This document shows positions 56,265 through 64,000 of a stretch of 64,000 nt of DNA, one piece after another. Position 1 is the stretch's first letter; every line of letters begins with the position of its first letter. The stretch is from the NCBI GenBank assembly GCA_963663635.2, contig CAXXMY010000017.1:91461-155460 (forward strand). The letters are read 5' to 3'. Both the position numbers and the translations under genes were made by a program. Source of the DNA: Acidimicrobiales bacterium. GTDB lineage: Bacteria; Actinomycetota; Acidimicrobiia; Acidimicrobiales; Poriferisodalaceae. A model generated the notes under the pieces. That model saw only the letters and a list, made by a program, of their open reading frames with translations, had not been told where the DNA came from and searched no databases.

Positions 56265-57992
56265 GCCGTGCCGCAGCAGTCGGCCGGGAGTGGCGCCGGT
56301 GCAGTCGCCGGACTCGAACGTGACCTCGCCGTTCACGATGATCTGGTCGTAGCCCTTGGCCCGTTGCACACGGCGCCATTCGTTGCCGGGAAGGTCGAAC
56401 TCGACGTTCCCGATCCAGGGCGGATCGATCTCGAGCTCTTCCATGTCATAGACCACGACGTCGGCGGCGGAGCCCTCTCGCAGCGTTCCACGGTCCTTGA
56501 AGCCGGCCGCGTGGGCTGCCAGCGCCGAGAGGCGGTAGTGGGCTTCTTCCAGCGTCACGGTGCCCTCATCACGCACCAGCCAGGTCAAGAAGTCGGTGGT
56601 GTAGGAACCGCCGCTGAAGAACTTGGTGTGCGCTCCGCCGTCTGACACGCCGGGGATGGCGTACGGCGACTGCATCATCTCGCCCATGAATTCGGCATTC
56701 GAACCCTTGTCAGGACCGAGGAACTCAACGTTGAGATCACCCTGCAGCGACAGATCCAGCATCACCTCAATGGGGTGCTTGCCCTGCTCTTGCGCCAGAT
56801 CGCCGACGGATCGGCCCACGTACTGCTGCATGTCGGCTTGCCGGTTCACGCCCTGGACAACGAGGCCCTTGGGGTTGCCGCCGACACCGGCCTGAATGAC
56901 CTGCAGGCGCCGGTCGGCTTCGGCGGCTTCGTCCACAAGTGCGGCGCGCAACTCGGGATCGGACATCTTGGCGATCTTCTCTTCCTTGGTGCCCGTGGTC
57001 ACGGTGCGCCAAGCGGGGGAGGCGTCATAGAGGTTCCAGTGCTCGAGCGTGAAGGCAAATCCCGCCCGGCCGGTGCCGCACTGGGCGTAGATCGGCAGCT
57101 CCTGGTTCCAGCACTTGTCGATCCAGCGCAGCGGGCGCCGGTGCACCTCAGGGTCCTTGCGTGCGGGCGCTACCACGTTGTGCAGGATCGGGCGCTGGGC
57201 GGTTGCCGCAAGCACCTCGAGGAACTTGATGTCCGATCGGATATCACCGGTGCCCTGCGTAATCTGGATAAAGCCCTCGTCACGTTCTGCGAGCACCCGA
57301 GCGAGGTTCAAGATGTCCTCGTCGCTCATGATGTCGGTGACCATGGGGGAGCCGTCGTAATCTGCCTGCACGCTGTCGGGGCCGAGCCGTTGGATGGAGA
57401 ATCCGCACAGCCCGGCATCCATGCCTTCGTGCAGCAGACGAGCCATCTCCTTGCGCTCGGCCTCTGAGGCAGGCTCGCCCGCCTTGGCCTTCTCGAGCCC
57501 CATCACATAGGTCATCAGCGATGCGGTCGGCATGTACTGGATGACATTGACGCCCTTCGGGGCCCGGTCGAGCGAATCGAGATACTCCGGAATGGTCTCC
57601 CAGTCCCAGTCCATGCCCAGCCGCATGGACTCGTACGGAATCGCTTCGGTGCGAGTCATGGTCAGCATGGAGCGGTCACGGAAATCCGGCTTCACCGGTG
57701 CGAAGCCGAAACCGCAGTTGCCCAGCACCACCGAAGTCACACCGTGGTAGCCCGAGATCGTGCACCACGGATCCCAGCGAATCTGGGCGTCGTAATGGGT
57801 GTGAAGGTCGACGAATCCGGGGGCGACGATCTTGCCCGAGGCGTCGATCACCCGCTCCGCAGTGCCTCGGGGGCGACCGCCGAGCTGGGCCACCTTGCCG
57901 TCTTTGATCCAGACGTCGCCCTTGTAGCGCGGCACTCGCGTGCCGTCCACGATCGTGCCGCCCTTGATGTGAATGTCGTATTCGCTGCTCAT
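56256..57992 (-). CDS. N-acyl-D-amino-acid deacylase (D-aminoacylase) family amidohydrolase
   Basis: I.GG.IVDG, PGF.D.HTHYD, and a family-typical length of about 578 aa. ATG 57992 is preferred. Confidence 0.8.
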   Translation of the reverse strand: MSSEYDIHIKGGTIVDGTRVPRYKGDVWIKDGKVAQLGGRPRGTAERVIDASGKIVAPGFVDLHTHYDAQIRWDPWCTISGYHGVTSVVLGNCGFGFAPVKPDFRDRSMLTMTRTEAIPYESMRLGMDWDWETIPEYLDSLDRAPKGVNVIQYMPTASLMTYVMGLEKAKAGEPASEAERKEMARLLHEGMDAGLCGFSIQRLGPDSVQADYDGSPMVTDIMSDEDILNLARVLAERDEGFIQITQGTGDIRSDIKFLEVLAATAQRPILHNVVAPARKDPEVHRRPLRWIDKCWNQELPIYAQCGTGRAGFAFTLEHWNLYDASPAWRTVTTGTKEEKIAKMSDPELRAALVDEAAEADRRLQVIQAGVGGNPKGLVVQGVNRQADMQQYVGRSVGDLAQEQGKHPIEVMLDLSLQGDLNVEFLGPDKGSNAEFMGEMMQSPYAIPGVSDGGAHTKFFSGGSYTTDFLTWLVRDEGTVTLEEAHYRLSALAAHAAGFKDRGTLREGSAADVVVYDMEELEIDPPWIGNVEFDLPGNEWRRVQRAKGYDQIIVNGEVTFESGDCTGATPGRLLRHGRG

Positions 57993-58193
57993 TGCGTGCC
58001 CCCGCATCATCCGAATTGGCTATAGGCGCGCAGACACCGCGCTCAAGCCGCATTTTCAAGGTACTCGCGCACTGGGGTGTTCGCCGGGGCGATGCCTGCC
58101 AGTTGTCACCTGCGGCCCATGGCCTCCGGCCCGTTTGCTTGGCGGCAGCGCGTTGGGGCAAGAATGTGACCGCGAGGTTCGGCGAGGTTCATT

Positions 58194-58850
58194 GTGAAGA
58201 TCTTGAGGAGAACGGTCCTGATTATCGGCCTCATGGCCACGCTGATCTCAGCCTGTTCCTCTGAGCCCGACGCTGCCGACGACTTGGCGGCAGCGGTGGA
58301 AGCACTCGAGGAGATTGCGGCCCAGACCGAAGACCCAGACGAAGCCGCCCAGCTACGAGAGTTGGGGGCGGTGACTGCTGAGTTGGCCGACATGGTGGCG
58401 AATTCCGATGGCGAGACCGATCTGATCGAGCTGGCCGAACTGGGGGATTTGCTGAACCGGCAGATCGAAGCACTCGAAGCGTTCGATGAGCCTGAGGTGC
58501 TCGCCGATCTCAGGGCACTGGCGGCGATCATCTCGTTGATGACGACACTGCCGGAGGAAGTCGAAGCCCGGGACATCGTGGACATGCTGAGGATCACGGG
58601 CGACCAGATCGATGAGAAGCTCGGCTCGGGATTCCTGACGACTGCGCCCGATGGCGACAGTGTCGCAGTCTCGGTGGGCTCGCTTCATTCATGCCGGTTG
58701 AGCCGCAACGGCAAGGCGGCCTGTTGGGGCGTCAATCTGGACGGGCCGACAAAGATTCCCGACACCGAATTCGACTCACTGTCAGCTGGCGGGGAGCACT
58801 CATGCGGACTCACCGCCGCCGGTGCCGTGCAGTGCTGGGGCAATAGCTAG
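58194..58850 (+). CDS. lipoprotein with an acidic helical region and only about 1.5 RCC1-like blades at the C-terminus (probably truncated)
   Basis: Signal peptide plus lipobox LISAC. Ends with SVGSLHSCRL..NGKAACWG and SAGGEHSCGLTAAGAVQCWG, then a stop. Confidence 0.6.
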   Translation: MKILRRTVLIIGLMATLISACSSEPDAADDLAAAVEALEEIAAQTEDPDEAAQLRELGAVTAELADMVANSDGETDLIELAELGDLLNRQIEALEAFDEPEVLADLRALAAIISLMTTLPEEVEARDIVDMLRITGDQIDEKLGSGFLTTAPDGDSVAVSVGSLHSCRLSRNGKAACWGVNLDGPTKIPDTEFDSLSAGGEHSCGLTAAGAVQCWGNS

Positions 58851-58952
58851 GCGCCCGCGATGGCCGTCGCTGCGCTCCAGCGCGGCTGAAGGCAAGCCTG
58901 CGGATCCGCTGCCGCCGATCAGTCGGCACCGCACCATAGGCTCCGACCCCGT

Positions 58953-59822
58953 TTGGCGGAAGCGGAGCAACCGATGCGGGGTCCCGGCCCAAAATCGAAC
59001 ACGACGGCATTTGCACTGGCGCTGTCAGCCGTTGTCGCCATCGGCATGCTCGTCGTGTACGCAGTCGGCTGCGGCATCTTGGATGATGGCGACAATTCCT
59101 TGAACAGGGTCCAGGCTTCGGCCCGAACGCGGGCGTTCCCGCCCACAGAAGACGGCATCGGAGCCACACGGAGCTCAATTACCGAACCGCCGCTCTTGCT
59201 CGAATCAGCACAGCCACCGACCTCGTCTCGCCGGAACGGGGTCGCAAGCAACCTGGTGGGGGAGCACCCGGGGCTGCCTTCCTCGCCCATCGAGACCGCC
59301 GTCGTGCTGATCGAACCGAGCGAGGATTTTCGCCGCACTGTCGTACCCGGGACACCGTTGGAATGCGACCGATTTCGTCCACTGGTCAAGGACATCGGCG
59401 AATGGGACCCGGACATCGTCCTTGCGTTCGTTTGGAGGGAATCGCTCTGCAACGAATCGGCGGTGTCCGAGACGAACGACTGGGGTCTTTTGCAGCTCAA
59501 TGCCACTTGCTGGGCCGGGAAAGGCATCGACGGTCTCCCGAACGTCAGAACGCTGCCCGACGGCATAGACGTCAACGATCTGCGTTGCGACGGCACAACA
59601 CTCGCTTCACCGGCCGCCCAATGGTGCTTTCACGCGAAAGAGCAGGCTCTGCGCACCGGTCGCCGACCCGAATCGCCGTGCGACGCGTGGCTCGATCCCG
59701 CAACGAACATCGAGACCGCGTACGAGATCTGGCGGGCCGGAGGCTGGCGGCCGTGGTGTTTCGATGACACCAGTCGCTCCACACCCGCCTGCGAGGCCGC
59801 CGCACAAGCACGCCAGGGGTAG
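58953..59822 (+). CDS. membrane-anchored lytic transglycosylase (SLT domain) protein
   Basis: N-terminal TM segment (FALALSAVVAIGMLVVYAV) and an SLT catalytic block (WRESLCNESAVSETNDWGLLQLN). Confidence 0.6.
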   Translation: MAEAEQPMRGPGPKSNTTAFALALSAVVAIGMLVVYAVGCGILDDGDNSLNRVQASARTRAFPPTEDGIGATRSSITEPPLLLESAQPPTSSRRNGVASNLVGEHPGLPSSPIETAVVLIEPSEDFRRTVVPGTPLECDRFRPLVKDIGEWDPDIVLAFVWRESLCNESAVSETNDWGLLQLNATCWAGKGIDGLPNVRTLPDGIDVNDLRCDGTTLASPAAQWCFHAKEQALRTGRRPESPCDAWLDPATNIETAYEIWRAGGWRPWCFDDTSRSTPACEAAAQARQG

Positions 59823-59908
59823 GAGGCACAGCGCCCGCTCGCGTCGACTCGGGCGGGGACATCCTCGGCCCGAACGCTCAACTTTACATAATGTCTATTA
59901 TCGGCGTT

Positions 59909-60035
59909 TCATTCGACGCCCCGGCGAACTGAGCCCCAGCAGGCCACGGTGCCATCGGTTCGGATACCGCATGTCAAGTTGCCGCCGACGTCGATGGCGG
60001 TGAATCCGGCGGCCGGTACAGCGAACCCTGCTGCG
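59909..60035 (-). pseudogene. orphan 3' fragment of an RCC1-repeat gene
   Basis: The minus-strand translation ends ...GFTAIDVGGNLTCGIRTDGTVACWGSVRRGVE*. The upstream part of that ORF is antisense to vapB and does not look coding. Confidence 0.5.
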
Positions 60036-60050
60036 GGCAGTGTCGTGGGA

Positions 60051-60299
60051 TTGGTATATCTGTGTAATAGAGATGCATATATACGCGAATGCGTAACCAA
60101 ACGGCTGATCGACATCGACGACGCGCTGCTAGCGGAGATCCGGAGCGTGACCGGTGCTGCCACCATGAAAGAAGCCGTGAACACCGCACTGCGGCACCTT
60201 GTCGAGAGCGAACTGCGCATGCGTCATGTGCGCCGACTTGTAGATCTCGCGGGCACTGACATTGCCGACGGCGATGTCATGGCGGCTGCATGGCGCTGA
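60051..60299 (+). CDS. vapB: type II antitoxin, VapB (DUF2191-like) family
   Basis: RLIDIDDALLAEIRSVTGAATMKEAVNTALRHLV matches the ribbon-helix antitoxin pattern. It overlaps vapC by 10 nt. The start is uncertain (TTG 60051 or GTG 60045). Confidence 0.65.
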   Translation: MVYLCNRDAYIRECVTKRLIDIDDALLAEIRSVTGAATMKEAVNTALRHLVESELRMRHVRRLVDLAGTDIADGDVMAAAWR

Positions 60300-60706
60300 G
60301 GCCGCAGTTCATCGCCGACAAGAGCGCTCTGGCGGGGCTTAACCGTGCCGAGGTGGCCGAGCTTCTCGGGCCGTTGATCGTTGAGGGCCGGGTTGCCACG
60401 TGCCCGATCATCGACCTCGAGATGCTCTACAGCGCCCGCTCTCACGCTGACTACGAAGCGACTCTGGCCGAGCGCCGTGCGATGCCGTCGGTTCCCATTA
60501 ACGAGGCAGTCACGTACCGGGCAATTGACGTCCAGCACCGACTCGCACGCCGCGGCCACCATCGGCTCGCGCTTGCTGACCTGCTCATCGCAGCCGCAGC
60601 CGAGCTCAACGACCTCACCGTTATCCACTACGACGCCGACTATGACCGTATTGCCGAAATCACCGGCCAGCCGACCGACTGGGTCGCTCCCCGCGGCTCG
60701 CTCTGA
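60290..60706 (+). CDS. vapC: PIN-domain toxin VapC
   Basis: About 138 aa, with conserved acidic positions (FIADKS, DLEMLY, LADLLIAA, HYDADYD). Confidence 0.75.
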   Translation: MALRPQFIADKSALAGLNRAEVAELLGPLIVEGRVATCPIIDLEMLYSARSHADYEATLAERRAMPSVPINEAVTYRAIDVQHRLARRGHHRLALADLLIAAAAELNDLTVIHYDADYDRIAEITGQPTDWVAPRGSL

Positions 60707-60758
60707 GCCTCAACAGCACCCACGAATCCTGCCAGCGACCGGCAGATACGCTGGCTTC

Positions 60759-61733
60759 ATGGCCGCACGGGCCCCCAGCCTCGATACTGCACGACTCGCT
60801 GCCGACGAACTTGCCGCTGCGGGGGTGGGACGGGTGCTGCTGTTCGGCTCACTCGCCCGAGGCGATGAACACGCACGCGACGTCGACCTCGTGGCCATCT
60901 ACGACGATCTCGGCGACTACAGCGAGCGCTGGAATCGACGTTGCGAACTGGTGCGCCGTGCCGAGGCCGCTGCGGGGTGCTCCGTCGATCTGCTGGTCAC
61001 CGACGCCCCCGAGTGGGCGGTTCGCACCGAGCGAGTGCCGTGCTCGCTGGAAGCCCACATCGACACCTACGCCTTGCTGCTCGCGGACAGCGATGCACAC
61101 GTCGACATCCACTGGGACAAGGAGATCGGTTTGCCCGACAACGCCACCGCCGAGGTGCAGGCCCGTCACCGTGACACGACCGTCGCCGTTTCCAGGCTCA
61201 CCGACGCGCTCCGTGTCGGGGACAACGAACTCGACGCCATCGGCGACGGCGACACCGAGGCGTTCGTCTCAGCTGAGGAATGGCGCTTCGCCGGCGCCTG
61301 CGCCCAAGCGCACCTCGTTGTCGAATGCGGTGCCAAGACCATGATTGCCTTGGCCACCAACACCGCGCCACCCCGCAGCCACAACATCGACACGCTCGTC
61401 GACCTTTTACCGACCGATGAACGCAACCTCTGGGCAGTGCTTACCGCCCACATTGATACCGCAGAGTTCCACCAATGGCGCCAAGGTGGCACCTACACCG
61501 CAGATCTGCCGATCGACGGATTCGACGAGGACTACCTCGCCACTGTGGCCACCGTCGCACTCAATGTGGCCGCCCACGTGACCCGCCACTGCGCCGCCGC
61601 CGGTATCGACGCCACTCAAGTCCACCTCAGCACCCGCAGCGAACGCCGCCTGCGCACCGCACTCGAAGGCCCCCTGCGAGTCGAAACCGACCACCCGATC
61701 CGCCACCCCGCCACCACCGAAGACTCCGGGTAA
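60759..61733 (+). CDS. single-chain fusion of a minimal nucleotidyltransferase (MNT) domain and a HEPN domain
   Basis: NTase motif LFGSLARGDEHARDVDLV. HEPN-like helices AQAHLVVECGAKTMIAL and PRSHNIDTLVDLL. ATG 60759 lies after the vapC stop; the 450-aa ORF in the track is over-extended. Confidence 0.65.
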   Translation: MAARAPSLDTARLAADELAAAGVGRVLLFGSLARGDEHARDVDLVAIYDDLGDYSERWNRRCELVRRAEAAAGCSVDLLVTDAPEWAVRTERVPCSLEAHIDTYALLLADSDAHVDIHWDKEIGLPDNATAEVQARHRDTTVAVSRLTDALRVGDNELDAIGDGDTEAFVSAEEWRFAGACAQAHLVVECGAKTMIALATNTAPPRSHNIDTLVDLLPTDERNLWAVLTAHIDTAEFHQWRQGGTYTADLPIDGFDEDYLATVATVALNVAAHVTRHCAAAGIDATQVHLSTRSERRLRTALEGPLRVETDHPIRHPATTEDSG

Positions 61734-61813
61734 ATCGGCCGCGTCAACCATTGTCGCACAGCCGAAGCCTGCGCCCGCAGCTCCGCTCGGGAACGCTTCC
61801 GGGTGATCTTGGC

Positions 61814-63970
61814 TCAGATGTCGAGGGCATGGCCGTAGTCGCGGCTGTGCTTGATGATGAACGCTCGGCGCGGTGCGACTTCGGCGCCCATCATGACGGA
61901 GAACGCCTCTTGGGCTTGTGCCAGGGCCGCTTTGGCGTCGCCGAGGCTGATCTTGCGCAGGATCCTGGACTCCGGATTCAGCGTCGTTTCAAAGAGCTCG
62001 TCGTCGTCCATCTCACCGAGCCCCTTGAAGCGGGTGAGCCGGTACCTCCGGTTTGCTGCGTCGAGCTCGGTGACGAGCGCTGCCCGCTCTGCCTCGGAGT
62101 ACACGAACTTCTTTTGTGTGCCGATGCTGAACGCGTGTGTCGGCGGCTGCGCTGCGTACACACGCCCAGCGGCCAGCAGCGGCCGCATGTAGTGGTAGAT
62201 GAGCGTCAGGACGAGGCATCGGATGTGGCTGCCGTCCACATCTGCGTCGGCGAGCAGGATGAGGCGCTCATAGCGGCACGCGTCGAGGTCAAACGCAGCA
62301 CCCGAACCCGCACCAAGCGCGGTGAACAGCGCCGTGGCTTCCGCATTGTCGAGCACCGCCTTCAAGGTTCCCTTGCCGGCGTTGACAACCTTGCCGCGAA
62401 GCGGCAGCACCGCTTGCCACGCGCTGTCACGTGACCGCTTTGCCGGGCCGGCGGCGGAGTCACCTTCCACGATCAGCAATTCGCCCGCCGGATGCAGCCG
62501 GCAGTCGGCCAGCTTGGCCGGGAGTCCGGTAGTGCCCAGAGATGCCGCCTTGCGTTTCTGATCGAGCGCCCGACGCGCCTCAACACGGTTCACCACCGCG
62601 CTAGCGAGCTTGTCGATCAGCGCACGCACATGGACCTTTTTCGAGTCCGCCGCGCTGCCGTCAAACCACGCACGCAGCCCTTCGCGCACCACATTGGCCA
62701 CGATCCGCTGTACCTGCGGAGTCCCCAGATCGCGCTTGGTCTGGCCCCGGAACTGGGGCTCAGGCAACGTGGCCCGCACCACGGCGACAAGCCCCTCTTG
62801 CGCATCCTCTCGCTGTGCACGGGCATCGTCGCGCAGGCGCCGCAGCTTGCGCGGGTCGGCATCGGCCAGCGCTGAGTTCGCCGCTGTCGTGAGTGCTCGT
62901 TCGAATCCGGCGATGTGCGTGCCGCCCTCGGGTGTCGGGATGGTGTTCACGAACCCGACAATGCGGCTGCTGTAGGTCTGCGTCCAGCGAAGTGCCACCT
63001 CGACCTCGCACTGGCGCACGACGTCGGTGAGCTTGCCGTCCACGGGCACCCGCTCGGTGAACTCCTCCGAGCCGGTCAAACGGATGAGCCCGGTGACCGG
63101 TTCGTCATCGCCGCACAGCTTGTCGACGAAATCCGCCAAGCCGCCGGCAGAGACAATCTCTTCGACAACCGGCGGATCCGCCCGGCGATCGGCCAAGGTG
63201 ATCTTGACCTTGGGAACCAGGAAGCAAACCTGCTCGATGCGTTCGCGCACCTCGTCGAAATCCACCTCTGCGGCCGGGTCGAAAATCCCGGTGTCGGGCC
63301 AGAACTGCACGCGGGTACCCGTGCGTCCCGCCGGCACACGCCCGATCCGCTTGAGCTTGTGGCCAGCGCGGAAGCGGCCGGCGCTGTCGGTATGTCCGGC
63401 GATTCGATCCTTGAATTCCAGGCGGTGCGTGGCGCCATTGCGGTTCACGTCCACAACGAGCTTGCTCGATAGCGCGTTCACGACCGAGGCGCCGACGCCG
63501 TGCAGTCCCCCGGAAGCTCCGTATGCCCCATTGCCGAACTTCCCGCCGGCGTGCAACTCGGTGAACACCACTTCGAGGGCGGTGATGTTGTCGTGCTTGA
63601 CGTCGACGGGGATCCCGCGCCCCCGGTCGGTGACCTCATAGGAGCCGTCGTCATGCAGCGTGATGTCGATGACGCGACCGTGGCCGGCGGCGGCCTCGTC
63701 AACGGCGTTGTCGATGATCTCCCACAGCAGGTGCACGAGACCTGCCGAGCCCGTGCTGCCGATGTACATCCCCGGCCGCTTGCGCACGGCCTCGAGCCCT
63801 TCGAGCACCTCGATGGCGCTGGCGTCGTAGGCAGCTGCGGCACTGGGAGTCCCAGCGACCCCAGAGGGCTCGGACGTAGCATCGCGATCAGCTTCGTCTG
63901 CCATCGTGCGGGGCGTTCCTTCCGTCGCTGCGCGGGCGCCTGCGCCAACCGGCGTGAGGGCCGTTGTCAT
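61814..63970 (-). CDS. type IIA DNA topoisomerase subunit B (GyrB/ParE family)
   Basis: LEGLEAVRKRPGMYIG, the GHKL ATPase blocks, Toprim EGDSA, and a PLRGK..N / ...LDI tail. It is not followed by a gyrA-like gene, so a ParE-like role is possible. Confidence 0.85.
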   Translation of the reverse strand: MTTALTPVGAGARAATEGTPRTMADEADRDATSEPSGVAGTPSAAAAYDASAIEVLEGLEAVRKRPGMYIGSTGSAGLVHLLWEIIDNAVDEAAAGHGRVIDITLHDDGSYEVTDRGRGIPVDVKHDNITALEVVFTELHAGGKFGNGAYGASGGLHGVGASVVNALSSKLVVDVNRNGATHRLEFKDRIAGHTDSAGRFRAGHKLKRIGRVPAGRTGTRVQFWPDTGIFDPAAEVDFDEVRERIEQVCFLVPKVKITLADRRADPPVVEEIVSAGGLADFVDKLCGDDEPVTGLIRLTGSEEFTERVPVDGKLTDVVRQCEVEVALRWTQTYSSRIVGFVNTIPTPEGGTHIAGFERALTTAANSALADADPRKLRRLRDDARAQREDAQEGLVAVVRATLPEPQFRGQTKRDLGTPQVQRIVANVVREGLRAWFDGSAADSKKVHVRALIDKLASAVVNRVEARRALDQKRKAASLGTTGLPAKLADCRLHPAGELLIVEGDSAAGPAKRSRDSAWQAVLPLRGKVVNAGKGTLKAVLDNAEATALFTALGAGSGAAFDLDACRYERLILLADADVDGSHIRCLVLTLIYHYMRPLLAAGRVYAAQPPTHAFSIGTQKKFVYSEAERAALVTELDAANRRYRLTRFKGLGEMDDDELFETTLNPESRILRKISLGDAKAALAQAQEAFSVMMGAEVAPRRAFIIKHSRDYGHALDI

Positions 63971-64000
63971 CAGAATCGGTACTCCCCCAGCGCCACGATC

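Noticed and set aside
53665-56323. ORFs 53665-54858 (-) and 54893-56323 (+)
   Set aside because: They are antisense to the SNF2 helicase and to the DsbA-like and small-ORF genes respectively. They have low-complexity, Arg-rich composition.

Overview
GC-rich chromosomal segment of actinobacterial type. The lineage call is an inference from a clear Bpa proteasome-activator homologue, an F420-type LLM oxidoreductase and a DsbA/mycoredoxin-like protein. I support about 50 protein-coding genes and found no rRNA, tRNA or CRISPR array by eye. Many long ORFs in the track are antisense shadow ORFs of the real genes, which is typical of high-GC DNA.

The main feature is a roughly 24 kb one-carbon / methylated-amine catabolic supercluster at 25.5-49.3 kb. 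It contains:
- a non-pyrrolysine MttB-family methyltransferase with its corrinoid protein, a methyl-THF methyltransferase, a RACo-type reductive activator and a DUF1638 protein;
- a dimethylglycine/sarcosine-dehydrogenase-like flavoenzyme with EtfBA;
- divergent fhs-metF;
- an IclR regulator;
- an NAD-type formate dehydrogenase and two transporters.

Three promoters in this cluster share a near-identical palindromic motif. The formate dehydrogenase catalytic gene has an in-frame TGA at the canonical Sec/Cys active-site position, followed by a SECIS-like hairpin. Its alpha subunit is split and circularly permuted around a fused NuoE/NuoF-like gene.

Other notable content:
- three paralogous wall-anchored (CWB2-repeat) surface proteins: one is intact and carries a 3 x 129 bp near-perfect tandem repeat, two are decayed;
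- a scrambled region in which the 3' end of a serA-like gene occurs three times, interleaved with ISL3-like transposase remnants;
- a small vapBC plus fused MNT-HEPN islet that appears to have replaced part of an RCC1-repeat gene.

All functional calls come from motif and family recognition by eye. No database search was run.
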